DNA of 64,000 bases from Candidatus Geocrenenecus huangii (GTDB lineage: Archaea > Thermoproteota > Nitrososphaeria_A > Caldarchaeales > Wolframiiraptoraceae), in contig JALNLM010000004.1 in NCBI GenBank assembly GCA_023254095.1, positions 53,642 through 117,641 of the forward strand, given 5' to 3'. A program made the position numbers and the translations under genes. The notes beneath the pieces are model-generated. The model was not told the origin of the DNA. It was given only the letters and a program-made list of their open reading frames with translations, and made no database searches. Shown piece by piece: positions 21,239 through 30,167 of the stretch (position 1 is the stretch's first letter; each line of letters begins with the position of its first letter).

Positions 21239-21772
21239 AATCTATCCTAAGATTGCTGAACATCTAATTAAAGTATTTCCAAACTAACCCTAATAAGAAA
21301 GTTAAGAATGTCTGACTCATAAAGATGATGGTCAACTACGAAATGCTAGGATAGAAATAGTAGAAGATCGATATCTTTCTCCACTACCCTCTTACAAGCA
21401 TCAATCCTCGGTAATCAAAGATAAACAAATGTGGTATTCTTGGACCCCATAATTTTATTCTTCTTAGATCTTGAAGCTTCTATAATACTCCATCTGAAAG
21501 AGATGACGCAACAAATAAAAAGACTTGTAATTACTCTAAATAATTCACACTTAAAGCTTCTCTCATAATCTATTCAATAAAATACTCTAAAGAACACTTT
21601 CAAACTAGTTGATAATGGTTGTCTAGAAACTGGGGAAAACTGAAACATAAGAATCATATAGCCAATTTCATAAACACACTATCTAGTTCTCAAAAGATAA
21701 ATTGAAAAACTAAAAATTCAAGATCAAAATCTAAATATAACCATAACGTAAAAATTAATGGAGACAGCGTAG

Positions 21773-21889
21773 CCCGCGGTAGCTCAGCCTGGTAGAGCGT
21801 CCGGCTGTAGCCATACCTGCGCAGGTATGGTCACAACTACCAGGCTGACAGAAACCGGATGGTCGCAGGTTCAAATCCTGCCCGCGGGA
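21773..21889 (+). tRNA. tRNA-Tyr(GTA) with a 43-nt intron at 37/38 (21811-21853)
   Basis: Acceptor stem cccgcgg/ccgcggg, D arm agctcagcctggtagagc, anticodon stem tccgg/ccgga around ct-gta-g|a, T arm gcaggttcaaatcctgc, BHB central helix ctgt/acag. Confidence 0.95.
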
Positions 21890-22076
21890 TATTCTATATA
21901 CTATCCCATCTTTTGACGATGCTCTTAATCTTCTGGCTGCTTCAACATGCGCTCTGAAATATCAAGTATTAATCCTTACAACATATTCTTGTTACATTTC
22001 CTAGAGTGATTAACATTTCTTTTTATCTAAAGGGATGCTACAAAGAGAATTGAAGTCACGGAATTCGTTATCTTAG

Positions 22077-22430
22077 TTATTTAAGCCTCGCTCTAGCAAT
22101 AGCAGATAAGTAGATCTTTCTTCCATCTTTCTGGATTATGAGACCTTCAAGAGCAAAATTCTCAGCTACTTTCATTATCAAAATATCTAACCAGAACTTA
22201 TAATAGATGATTCTATACCCAGCGATTAGATCAGAAGTTATCGCCCTCGGTTCTAGGTTCTCTCTAAGAAATCTTTCATCAAGAACTACGACGTCTATAA
22301 CCTTCCCTGTTACAATTTTTCAATATTTTAGCAATTTCTATCTCTAGTCAGGTTTTTTCACGTATATCGAAAACTTTATCTATAACTATTATACATCCAG
22401 AACTCTGGCTTTCATCGAGTTATAGATGCC
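22077..22430 (-). pseudogene. Degraded minimal nucleotidyltransferase (MNT-type antitoxin) gene
   Basis: Fragments DV/IIVIDKVFDIREKT*LEIEIAKIL and, after a frameshift, GKVIDVVVLDERFLRENLEP...AGYRIIY...ARARLK*. Confidence 0.5.
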
Positions 22431-22441
22431 GCTATAATTTT

Positions 22442-22477
22442 TTATATTTCTAGATCCTGAAATGTCTAGAAATATAA
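22442..22477. repeat. Perfect 13-bp inverted repeat with 10-bp spacer
   Basis: TTATATTTCTAGA-tcctgaaatg-TCTAGAAATATAA. Confidence 0.85.
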
Positions 22478-22776
22478 TAAAATAATTCCGGAGTTAAGTT
22501 TGATTAATGCTTTGGTATAATTTTCTCATCTATAGTCTAGGTAGCATTATTATTTCTCTAAATCATGGTTCTAGAATAGGAATCTGCTTGAAGAATACAT
22601 GCTATAGAGATCTTAGATTGATCTCATGAATATTTTATTGTGGTTAAGTAGCTATGAGGAGAATGCGTATGTGTAAATGGTTCAGGTACATTATGAATGT
22701 ATGCATGGGCGTATAACTTGACAGTATATATGTAGGCATTTACATATTCTTTACTAGCTAACTAAGGTGTGAGACC

Positions 22777-24066
22777 TTGACTGGATTAATTGATAAAAGT
22801 TTTGACGTAGCAATCATAGGTGCTGGGCCCGCGGGTTTGTCAGCTGCATATACTCTTGCGAAGAACGGGTTGAAAGTAGTTGTTCTCGAAAGAGGGCGGA
22901 CGCCTGGTTCAAAGAACCTTTATGGTGGAAGAATTTACGTTAAACCTCTTGAAGAAATTTTTGAAAATTTTAGACAAGAAGCACCTATCGAGAGATGGGT
23001 TAAGAGAGAACGCTTCAGCATAATGTCTAGAGGAGAGTTATTTACCCTAGAGTATAGTTCTCAAGATACCACAAGCTTCGTAGCTTATCTATCCAAGCTT
23101 ACAGGCTGGATGGCCAAGAAAGCTGAGGATGCTGGAGCAGTGATAGTTACAGATGTACGTGTAGACAGCATTCATCTAGAAGATGGCGTAGTAAGAGGAG
23201 TGATATCCGGCGAGGATATACTACGAGCCGACGTAGTAGTAGATGCAGAGGGAGTAAATAGGCTAGTTCTTGAAAGACTGGGATTAGTGAATAAGCTAAG
23301 TACAACCCAGGTTGCTCTAGGCTTGAAGCAGGTTATACGACTAGACGCTGATAAGATTGAGGCTAGGCTTGGTCTTTCTCCTGGAGAAGGCCTAGCATGG
23401 CTCATAATAGGGGAAGCAACAGGATATCTCCCCGGAGGAGCATTCATCTACACTAATTCTTCTACTATCAGCATCGGATTCGTGGTATTCCTAGATGAAG
23501 CATGTAAAAGAGTCCACAAACATGTATTCGATGCTCTTGAAGAATTTAAGCAGACCCCAGCGATCAAGAATATCATAAGTGATGGTGCACTGATCGAGTA
23601 TGGCTCTCACCTAACACCTGAAGCAGGGTTGAAGATGGGACCCACAAAATTATATGGTAATGGTTTACTGATAGTTGGTGATGCGGCTGGACTCCTCTTA
23701 AATCTTGGATACACTATTAGAGGGGTAGACTTTGCAGCTTATAGCGGATATCTAGCGGCGAAGACTATCCTGAAAGCTCATAGTGAAGGAGGCTACAGAG
23801 AAGAGAACCTCTCAATGTATCAGAAACTTCTCGAAGAAAGTTTTATCATAAAAGAACTTAGGAGGCACAGAAATACCTCTAAGATTCTGAAATCAAGTGA
23901 AATGTTTACAATGTATCCCGTAATGATGTTAGATGTAGCTGGAAGGCTTTTCCAAATACAGGATTCCTCTCCAACGCTAATGCAAGCATTGAAAGAATCT
24001 ATAAAAGGTAGGGCGTCCCTAGCGAAAATTATCTGGGATACGTTCAAGTTGGTGAGAGCACTATGA
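22777..24066 (+). CDS. fixC: FixC-like ETF:quinone oxidoreductase flavoprotein
   Basis: GAGPAG, ERGRTPGSKNLYGG, APIER, GGAFIYTN, GDAAGLLLNLGYTIRGVDFA. Confidence 0.88.
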   Translation: MTGLIDKSFDVAIIGAGPAGLSAAYTLAKNGLKVVVLERGRTPGSKNLYGGRIYVKPLEEIFENFRQEAPIERWVKRERFSIMSRGELFTLEYSSQDTTSFVAYLSKLTGWMAKKAEDAGAVIVTDVRVDSIHLEDGVVRGVISGEDILRADVVVDAEGVNRLVLERLGLVNKLSTTQVALGLKQVIRLDADKIEARLGLSPGEGLAWLIIGEATGYLPGGAFIYTNSSTISIGFVVFLDEACKRVHKHVFDALEEFKQTPAIKNIISDGALIEYGSHLTPEAGLKMGPTKLYGNGLLIVGDAAGLLLNLGYTIRGVDFAAYSGYLAAKTILKAHSEGGYREENLSMYQKLLEESFIIKELRRHRNTSKILKSSEMFTMYPVMMLDVAGRLFQIQDSSPTLMQALKESIKGRASLAKIIWDTFKLVRAL

Positions 24067-24362
24067 GTGAAGCAAAAGTACTAAAGAAGATGAAGATCGA
24101 CGAAGCCTTGAATACAAACGTATGGGATGTCGATCACAAGCCGCACATAGTCGTAGACTATGAAAAATGTAGAAAAATATGCGACAAGAAGATCTGCACC
24201 CTTCTCTGCCCAGCAGGATGCTACACTTTAACAAGTGGCGAGATACTCTTCAGCTACGAAGGATGCCTTGAATGTGGAACATGTAGAGTAGTCTGCCCAA
24301 ATGAAGCAGTAACATGGAATTACCCCCTAAGTGGAAGAGGGGTCCAATACAGATACGGTTAA
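24063..24362 (+). CDS. fixX: FixX-like ferredoxin
   Basis: PHI...CRKICDKKICTLLCPAGCY...YEGCLECGTCRVVCP...WNYP..GRGVQYRYG, with ATGA overlap to fixC. Confidence 0.9.
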   Translation: MSEAKVLKKMKIDEALNTNVWDVDHKPHIVVDYEKCRKICDKKICTLLCPAGCYTLTSGEILFSYEGCLECGTCRVVCPNEAVTWNYPLSGRGVQYRYG

Positions 24363-24679
24363 ATAAAGATGGCGGAGCCATATCGAGAATTCAGAGAGCC
24401 TATTCAACGAGAGCTTGTAATGGCCCACAACAGCTGTAACAAAAGCGAATACACTAATTAATGATGCTCTCAATCTTACAATTTTTCAACGCCAGCAACG
24501 TCTGCAGGTTATTGTTCATACAGAATGCTCACTTCAATTTACCAACTTATATTCTCTTAAAAGTCTTCAGATTTTGTCTCTATTTAGCGATAATCGGCCT
24601 TATCTCTGAAAATTTCTCTACTTTTCGTTTAATTAGATATTTATTGCGTATCTATTTGCCGGAGCTTGCGACTAGTTGT

Positions 24680-25252
24680 TTATTTTGTTCCGTAGAGTAT
24701 CTCCTCCGCGGTTGGCCATTTAACGTTATAGTAGCCTATGTTTAATCTAGGTATGAGAGCGGAGAGTACTGATTGCATACATAGATCTATTCTAGCAATT
24801 TTCTCTCTCGTTAAGTATCCTACGGCTCCAATAGTATTACCTATATCCTTTATCCCTGATCTTTCTTCAATTATCTGTTCTGCCTCTTTATACTTCTTTG
24901 AAACAACTCCTTTGACTACTTCTACAGGAAACTCGAAACCCATGCTTACACCAATAGTAACTAGATGACTTCTGTCTATTATCGCACATAAATGTTTATC
25001 CATGTATCCAGTTATGCTCCAGGGAGCCTCGACCAAGCCTGCCTCTATACCAACACCATAATCATAATCGCCTGAAGAGATTGCCTGCAGACTTCTTGAA
25101 ACAGCATATTTGATAGTTTCAAGATATCCGATCGGTTGAGGAATAGAATGTACATCAATACTCTCAACTAAGAAATCGTCGAAGAATAGGCTGAAGCATC
25201 TTCTAACAGCCTCGACCTTAACAGGGTTCCTCGAGCCTACCGAGACCTTCAC
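24680..25252 (-). CDS. yjjX: Inosine/xanthosine triphosphatase (DUF84)
   Basis: VGSRNPVKVEAV, QPIG, VGIEAG, GAVGYLT..R. Confidence 0.9.
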   Translation of the reverse strand: MKVSVGSRNPVKVEAVRRCFSLFFDDFLVESIDVHSIPQPIGYLETIKYAVSRSLQAISSGDYDYGVGIEAGLVEAPWSITGYMDKHLCAIIDRSHLVTIGVSMGFEFPVEVVKGVVSKKYKEAEQIIEERSGIKDIGNTIGAVGYLTREKIARIDLCMQSVLSALIPRLNIGYYNVKWPTAEEILYGTK

Positions 25253-25298
25253 GTAATAAGAAGAAACTGCTCGAGCAATAAAGATTGCTAAACAAAAT

Positions 25299-25400
25299 AG
25301 GGTCAGGGATTAAATACAGTTTCCACGAGAGTTATTCGTTCCCACCTATATCTCAGTTTTTATTTCTTTTTATAGAAATCTTATTTCAATCCTTGACCTT
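25299..25400. repeat. Long imperfect inverted repeat upstream of the Zn-finger microprotein
   Basis: agggtcagggattaaata (25299-25316) pairs with tatttcaatccttgacctt (25382-25400): 18 bp including two G-U pairs, plus one bulged base. Confidence 0.7.
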
Positions 25401-25416
25401 TTTCTAGGTGGTACAT

Positions 25417-25515
25417 ATGCCGAGATGTCAGCTATGTGGTAGAAAGACAGAGAAACTTTACTATATCGAGGGGAAGAGAGTATGTGATAAATGTAGGTTT
25501 AAAGCAAAATCTTGA
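25417..25515 (+). CDS. 32-aa CxxC-x17-CxxC zinc-finger microprotein (not in the ORF track)
   Basis: MPRCQLCGRKTEKLYYIEGKRVCDKCRFKAKS*, with SD-like AGGTGG 5 nt upstream of the ATG. Confidence 0.7.
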   Translation: MPRCQLCGRKTEKLYYIEGKRVCDKCRFKAKS

Positions 25516-25633
25516 ATCATACAACATCACCATTTAAAATGCTAAATGATTTCACGATTTAGAGGATCCACGTATCTTGAGGAGAACTAGATACCTTATT
25601 CTTTGAAAACATGGAGAGACTACATTAGAAACG

Positions 25634-25924
25634 TTACTTTCTTAGTTCTTTCTCCGTATCTCTTCTCTTTACGGCTTTATCGAATACTATCCAGTTTCTA
25701 TACCACTCCTCATTTTCTTTCTTCAATAATTCTAGAATCCAGCTTGTTAATTCTTTAGCCGTAATCTTCTCAAGCTTCTTCTCCAAGATCCGTGCCTCGA
25801 CAATCTTAGCAATACTCCTTGCCGCCTCGATTGTGGCGCCCGATTTTAGACAACTTACAACGATCTTCTCAGGTATGAAGACTTCCTCACTCCCATCTCT
25901 TTTAACAACGACTATACGGACCAT
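25634..25924 (-). CDS. Stand-alone ATP-cone domain protein
   Basis: VVKRDGSEEVFIPEKIVVSCLKSG ATP-cone signature, 96 aa with no other domain. Confidence 0.85.
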   Translation of the reverse strand: MVRIVVVKRDGSEEVFIPEKIVVSCLKSGATIEAARSIAKIVEARILEKKLEKITAKELTSWILELLKKENEEWYRNWIVFDKAVKRRDTEKELRK

Positions 25925-26077
25925 CGTATAAGAAAACGTAAACCATGTATAAAAGAGTTTTAATAAAATATAGAAGTTCTAGAGAGCTTTCATGTCATGC
26001 GTAAAGATTAGTCTGAGAGGCGTCTATCCTGTTCCGCCTAGAAGAAAATAAGTTTTTAGACCTCCGTTAATATTATT

Positions 26078-26728
26078 TTGAATGAGAATTTGAGAAAGCT
26101 TTTTATCGCTACTCTAGGCTTTGACGAAAAGTTTATCATCAGATCGTTAATAAGAAATGGATTATCTAATGGCGACTCAATTCTAATTTTCGCTCCCAAA
26201 GGATACCTGCAAGATGATAAATCTAGTAAAGCAGCTGAAGCCATAAAAGAGATAGTTACGAAGATCCTTCCAAACGTTGAATTGAGAATTGAGGAATATG
26301 ATCTTCGAGAAGACTTTGCCAGAGAGATCCATAGGGCTAGAAGCTTAATCCAGAATTATGAATCCAATGAAGTAATCGCATGTCTATCAGGTGGGATGAG
26401 AGCATTAATACTTGGAGTAATCTCAGCTCTCATGACGCTTGATGGTTACAGGATAGTTATCGAAATAGAATTTGAGAATCTGGAAAACTATGTAAGGATA
26501 CCTCTGCATACATTAAAGATACCATACAACAACAGATGGCTAACCATATTAGAACATCTAGAGTCTGGAAAGTCTATTAGGGCAATATCTAAAGACGTGG
26601 GATTGTCTGCCGCAACGATCAGCCGGATAGTAAACGAAATGAAAAGCTATAAGCTAGTTGACGAAGAAAATCAGGTTACAGAAGACGGGTTCTTCTATAT
26701 GAAAATCTATAAAAAGCTGTTTCGATGA
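26078..26728 (+). CDS. csa3: CRISPR-associated CARF-wHTH regulator Csa3
   Basis: TLGFDEKFIIR, LSGGMR and C-terminal HTH (GLSAATISR). First gene of the cas cluster. Confidence 0.92.
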   Translation: MNENLRKLFIATLGFDEKFIIRSLIRNGLSNGDSILIFAPKGYLQDDKSSKAAEAIKEIVTKILPNVELRIEEYDLREDFAREIHRARSLIQNYESNEVIACLSGGMRALILGVISALMTLDGYRIVIEIEFENLENYVRIPLHTLKIPYNNRWLTILEHLESGKSIRAISKDVGLSAATISRIVNEMKSYKLVDEENQVTEDGFFYMKIYKKLFR

Positions 26729-26782
26729 TGTGAAACAAAATGTTCTTTCTTATGAAATATTAATACAGACGAAAGATTTATA
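26718..26782 (+). promoter_or_regulatory. Candidate operator palindrome and TATA box of the Cascade operon
   Basis: TGTTTC-N8-GAAACA (26718-26737), then BRE/TATA gaaagaTTTATA (26771-26782) about 25 nt before ATG 26807. Confidence 0.45.
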
Positions 26783-26806
26783 CCTTTGTTCGATGAATAT
26801 GATTGT

Positions 26807-27184
26807 ATGAACCCTGAGGCAGAGGAAAGTGTGGAGGAAAAGTTTAGTGAGATAGTTAACATGCTGAGATTCTTCTCGAAGATAAGAAGATACAGTTTTC
26901 TCGATAGAATAGGAAATGCATTAAACTATGAAACTATCGAGTTTGCTTTATGGGAAGCGATCAGAACCTTCAGGTCAATATATGATTCAGCAAAGATAGA
27001 GAAGATAGATAATAAAGAACGTAGATACTATGAAGAAGATGGAAAAACATACATCTTGCCTAAGATCCCTGAAGAGTCTCAGATTATTGAATTTTTAAGA
27101 CTTGCCAGAGAAGAAATAGGTGTGGCTAGAAGATTAGCGATCAGAGCTTTGAGTTTTCCATATATTGTTAAAGAAGAAGAGTGA
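26807..27184 (+). CDS. csa5: Type I-A small subunit Csa5 (Cas11)
   Basis: YSFLDRIGNAL..E....ALWEAIR...RRLAIRALS, located upstream of cas7. Confidence 0.85.
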   Translation: MNPEAEESVEEKFSEIVNMLRFFSKIRRYSFLDRIGNALNYETIEFALWEAIRTFRSIYDSAKIEKIDNKERRYYEEDGKTYILPKIPEESQIIEFLRLAREEIGVARRLAIRALSFPYIVKEEE

Positions 27185-27195
27185 GGTGAAGGTAC

Positions 27196-28170
27196 ATGTT
27201 TGTGAGCGTAGGGGCTAGATTTGAGGCAAATGTTGAAGCATTAAATATGGTTGAAACTGCTGGAAACTACTCGAAGCATAGGAGGGTGCCATACATAGTC
27301 GAAGACAAGGGAGCGATAAAGATAATCTACGTTCCCGCTGTAAGTGGAGAAAGCATTGCTCATGCATTCCAAGAACTATTAGCTGAGGAAGCAGCAGCTG
27401 AAAATCAAAAAGTATGTAGAAAATGTGCTAGAGGAGAGTTCTTGAAGTCAATGGATGAGGAGAATGCTGCTGAAAAGTTTGAAGATAAGAAAACACCTTC
27501 CGTAGCAGAAGAGATAGAGAAAGGAATTGTAAAGAATTGCACGGTAGAAGATGTTGGTGGGTTCCTATACGCAGGTAAACCGCCTGTCAAAAGAACATCT
27601 TCTTTCCAGGTTAGTTACGCACTACCGATAAAGAAGATGGCTGTATACTCTACTGTTGAACCTCAACTACATGCTAGACATGCAATAATCGCTAAAGTTG
27701 AGGAGAAGAAAAGAGAGGTGGGAACTGCTGCTGAGCAGATGCTATACTATGTAGAGACCGGTACCGCTATCTATGCTTTTACACTCAACATAGACCTAAA
27801 AGCCATAGGTATAAGCGCAATAACAGGCAATCTCTTAATATCTGAAGATGAGGTAAAAGCTAGAAGAAGATCAACTATACGTTCTCTGGCAAGAATGCTT
27901 TCATCTGGTCAGTTTGGTGCGAAGCTTTCAAGATTCCTGCCTTTAGGAGGCATAATATCGCTTGTGGCCTCAGTAACCGAGAAACCCTTTACAATAACAT
28001 CTCCAATATACGATGGGTTTGAAGACAATACTATGAAGAGACTTGAAAAAATAGCGAGAGAATTTAATGAAGAGTATAGATACTTCGTAATGGGGAGAGA
28101 GGGGCTCGATACGCCAGAGCATGTCATGACACAGCTACTACAATACTTGAAGAGCAGAGACATAGTATAG
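27196..28170 (+). CDS. cas7: Type I-A Cas7 (Csa2/DevR)
   Basis: NVEALNMVETAGNYSKHRRVP, VPAVSGESIAH, EDVGGFL, VKRTS, QLHAR, FGAKLSRFLP. Confidence 0.95.
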   Translation: MFVSVGARFEANVEALNMVETAGNYSKHRRVPYIVEDKGAIKIIYVPAVSGESIAHAFQELLAEEAAAENQKVCRKCARGEFLKSMDEENAAEKFEDKKTPSVAEEIEKGIVKNCTVEDVGGFLYAGKPPVKRTSSFQVSYALPIKKMAVYSTVEPQLHARHAIIAKVEEKKREVGTAAEQMLYYVETGTAIYAFTLNIDLKAIGISAITGNLLISEDEVKARRRSTIRSLARMLSSGQFGAKLSRFLPLGGIISLVASVTEKPFTITSPIYDGFEDNTMKRLEKIAREFNEEYRYFVMGREGLDTPEHVMTQLLQYLKSRDIV

Positions 28171-28188
28171 ACCTCGGTGCCGAAGAAG

Positions 28189-28911
28189 ATGCCTCTGTCT
28201 TTGATGGCTACGTTGAGAAGCCACGGAGTCATCGCGCTCCGAGTTTCCCCTCAGAGTAAGATGAGGATCTCTTTCAAACATCCTCCCCCTACATCTATTA
28301 TCGGTGCTTTAGCGTATCCCCTCTTCAGAGATAGTAGGATAGAAATAGTAGCTAGCGGAGATGATGGAGTAAAGTCGACGGCCGATGAGCTTAGGAGAAT
28401 GCTGATATCTGTAGCGGTGAGCAGTAGGGGTGGGTTAATGTATGGGCCTTTATTCAAGATAAACAGACTCTATCATGGTGTTGCTGAATCGGCGGTAACA
28501 TCTCTCCCGATAACCGTTACTTACTCAGAATATGATTCTCCGATAAAGGTGGTATATGTCTTCGATGACGAAAAGCTGACGAATTATACAGTGGCTGAGC
28601 TTGAAAGAGCAGCCTGGGGTATAACAAGGCTAGGATCTAGAGAAAGTATCGTGAACGTTGAAGATGTAAAAACATCTAGAGTAGAGATATCGGAGATGGA
28701 GACCGTGAAAACCTCCTTCAGCTACTCTTTAGAGAGAGTAGAAAATGTTAAAGGCAGACATGACGTAGAGATGGTTGTTGATTGGAGAATCAGCGAGATA
28801 GGAGATTACTCTAGAGTTGGCAGAATCAGAGTAGCATATCCTCTCGAAGATAACATTGTTGAGGGGAAATTAAAGGTAGCTTTTGTTGATGGTGAAGCGG
28901 TGATAATATGA
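28189..28911 (+). CDS. cas5: Type I-A Cas5
   Basis: PPPTSIIGALAY and AAWGITRLGSRES. Confidence 0.9.
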   Translation: MPLSLMATLRSHGVIALRVSPQSKMRISFKHPPPTSIIGALAYPLFRDSRIEIVASGDDGVKSTADELRRMLISVAVSSRGGLMYGPLFKINRLYHGVAESAVTSLPITVTYSEYDSPIKVVYVFDDEKLTNYTVAELERAAWGITRLGSRESIVNVEDVKTSRVEISEMETVKTSFSYSLERVENVKGRHDVEMVVDWRISEIGDYSRVGRIRVAYPLEDNIVEGKLKVAFVDGEAVII

Positions 28912-30167
28912 ATCCTGCCGAGATAGTTGGCAGAATACCATTTACAGGCCTATTAAGAGAATTAATCACGATAGGCTTACTTGAATTGGTGAGGGCGCGC
29001 ATCTTTACATCGAAAGAGTCAGAAATCCAGGAAAGAATAACAGAGTATATGGAGAAGCTATCAGATAAGTTTAAATCAGATTTCTCAGGCATGTCCTCCA
29101 GTAAGATCGTACTTAATGATAGAAGTGCATACTTCATAAAAAGTAAGAGGCTTACGAAATGGTATGGGGAAAGTGGGGTACCGCAGGATTACATAGGTTT
29201 AATGATATATGTGCTAGAAAACACCTCGAAGCTCCTCAAGAAAAAGAAGATAGATTTCATAGAGAGCTTAAATAACATTAGCATAGGTAGAGAAGTAGTT
29301 TTGGGGAGAAAGTATCATGACTCATTAGCGATCGTTCCGGCAGTAATTAAACAAGCAGAATTCTATGAATTCCAACATGAGTTTTTAAAGCCGACTGCTG
29401 GAGAGAAACCTGAGATACTCTTAGACCCGATATGGTTTGCTGTGCTGGCCATAGGCTTCTTAATATGCTTTGCAGGATACTATGGAGGAGGATATTACTT
29501 TATCACAAGAGAAGGGGTAGAGGCGATCTTCGGCGATGCCGAGAAAACACAACAGGTATACAATGCAGTTACAAATTTGACAGCTACACATGTAAAGATA
29601 AAACCTCTACCATATAGTGAAGAACTATATGAATTAAGGTTAAGTTATGGATTGGCTTATTCGAAAATTGTTATTGATCGAGAAGCCTTTCCTCTAAAGG
29701 TCTACGAGATATCGCTAGTTGGAAATGCATATACATGTACTAGGGTGATTCTGATAGATTTGACAAAGACCATTGAGTATCTGCAGGCTTACATCGACAA
29801 TCTCCACACCCCGAACCAGGCTTTCTTCCAAGTGAAATTAAAAAACAATCAATATGATAATCCAATACATGCTCTGTTAGAGCTAGCTGAGAGAGAGATT
29901 CAGAAACCAGTCAAAGGAGATAGTAGCATGTTGCTCTTGACATTTGTAAAAGATCTCTATAGAGCAATACATGTTGGAAGTCCAAGCTTGATGGAAGAAA
30001 CTTTATTGAGGATGTTGAGAATCTCCCATTCTATCTTGACCACTAAGGAGAAGGTAGATCCCTTGTTGAGGGAAACATTCAAGAAATTCATGTACGAACC
30101 ACATGTCTCAGCAGTTATTAATGCATGTAAAGGTAGAATATATGATAGATCTGATCTCAATATATGA
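28908..30167 (+). CDS. cas8a: Type I-A large subunit Cas8a (Csa4/CsaX-like)
   Basis: 419 aa between cas5 and cas3' with overlapping start/stop. Called mainly from position; sequence is divergent. Confidence 0.7.
   Translation: MNPAEIVGRIPFTGLLRELITIGLLELVRARIFTSKESEIQERITEYMEKLSDKFKSDFSGMSSSKIVLNDRSAYFIKSKRLTKWYGESGVPQDYIGLMIYVLENTSKLLKKKKIDFIESLNNISIGREVVLGRKYHDSLAIVPAVIKQAEFYEFQHEFLKPTAGEKPEILLDPIWFAVLAIGFLICFAGYYGGGYYFITREGVEAIFGDAEKTQQVYNAVTNLTATHVKIKPLPYSEELYELRLSYGLAYSKIVIDREAFPLKVYEISLVGNAYTCTRVILIDLTKTIEYLQAYIDNLHTPNQAFFQVKLKNNQYDNPIHALLELAEREIQKPVKGDSSMLLLTFVKDLYRAIHVGSPSLMEETLLRMLRISHSILTTKEKVDPLLRETFKKFMYEPHVSAVINACKGRIYDRSDLNI

Noticed and set aside
22032-22055. CRISPR-repeat-like string gggatgctacaaagagaattgaag, and tctcaaaagataaattgaaa near 21688
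   Set aside because: Single, dissimilar copies with no repeat-spacer periodicity in AT-rich DNA. No array can be supported; worth rechecking only against the genome's real repeat.
22431-22477. Possible archaeal dif site
   Set aside because: Arm orientation and spacer length (10 or 4 bp) do not fit the 11-6-11 layout.
24363-24679. Non-coding gap and 94-aa ORF after fixX
   Set aside because: No motif or SD, and it overlaps yjjX antisense. Possibly decayed DNA, but unidentifiable.
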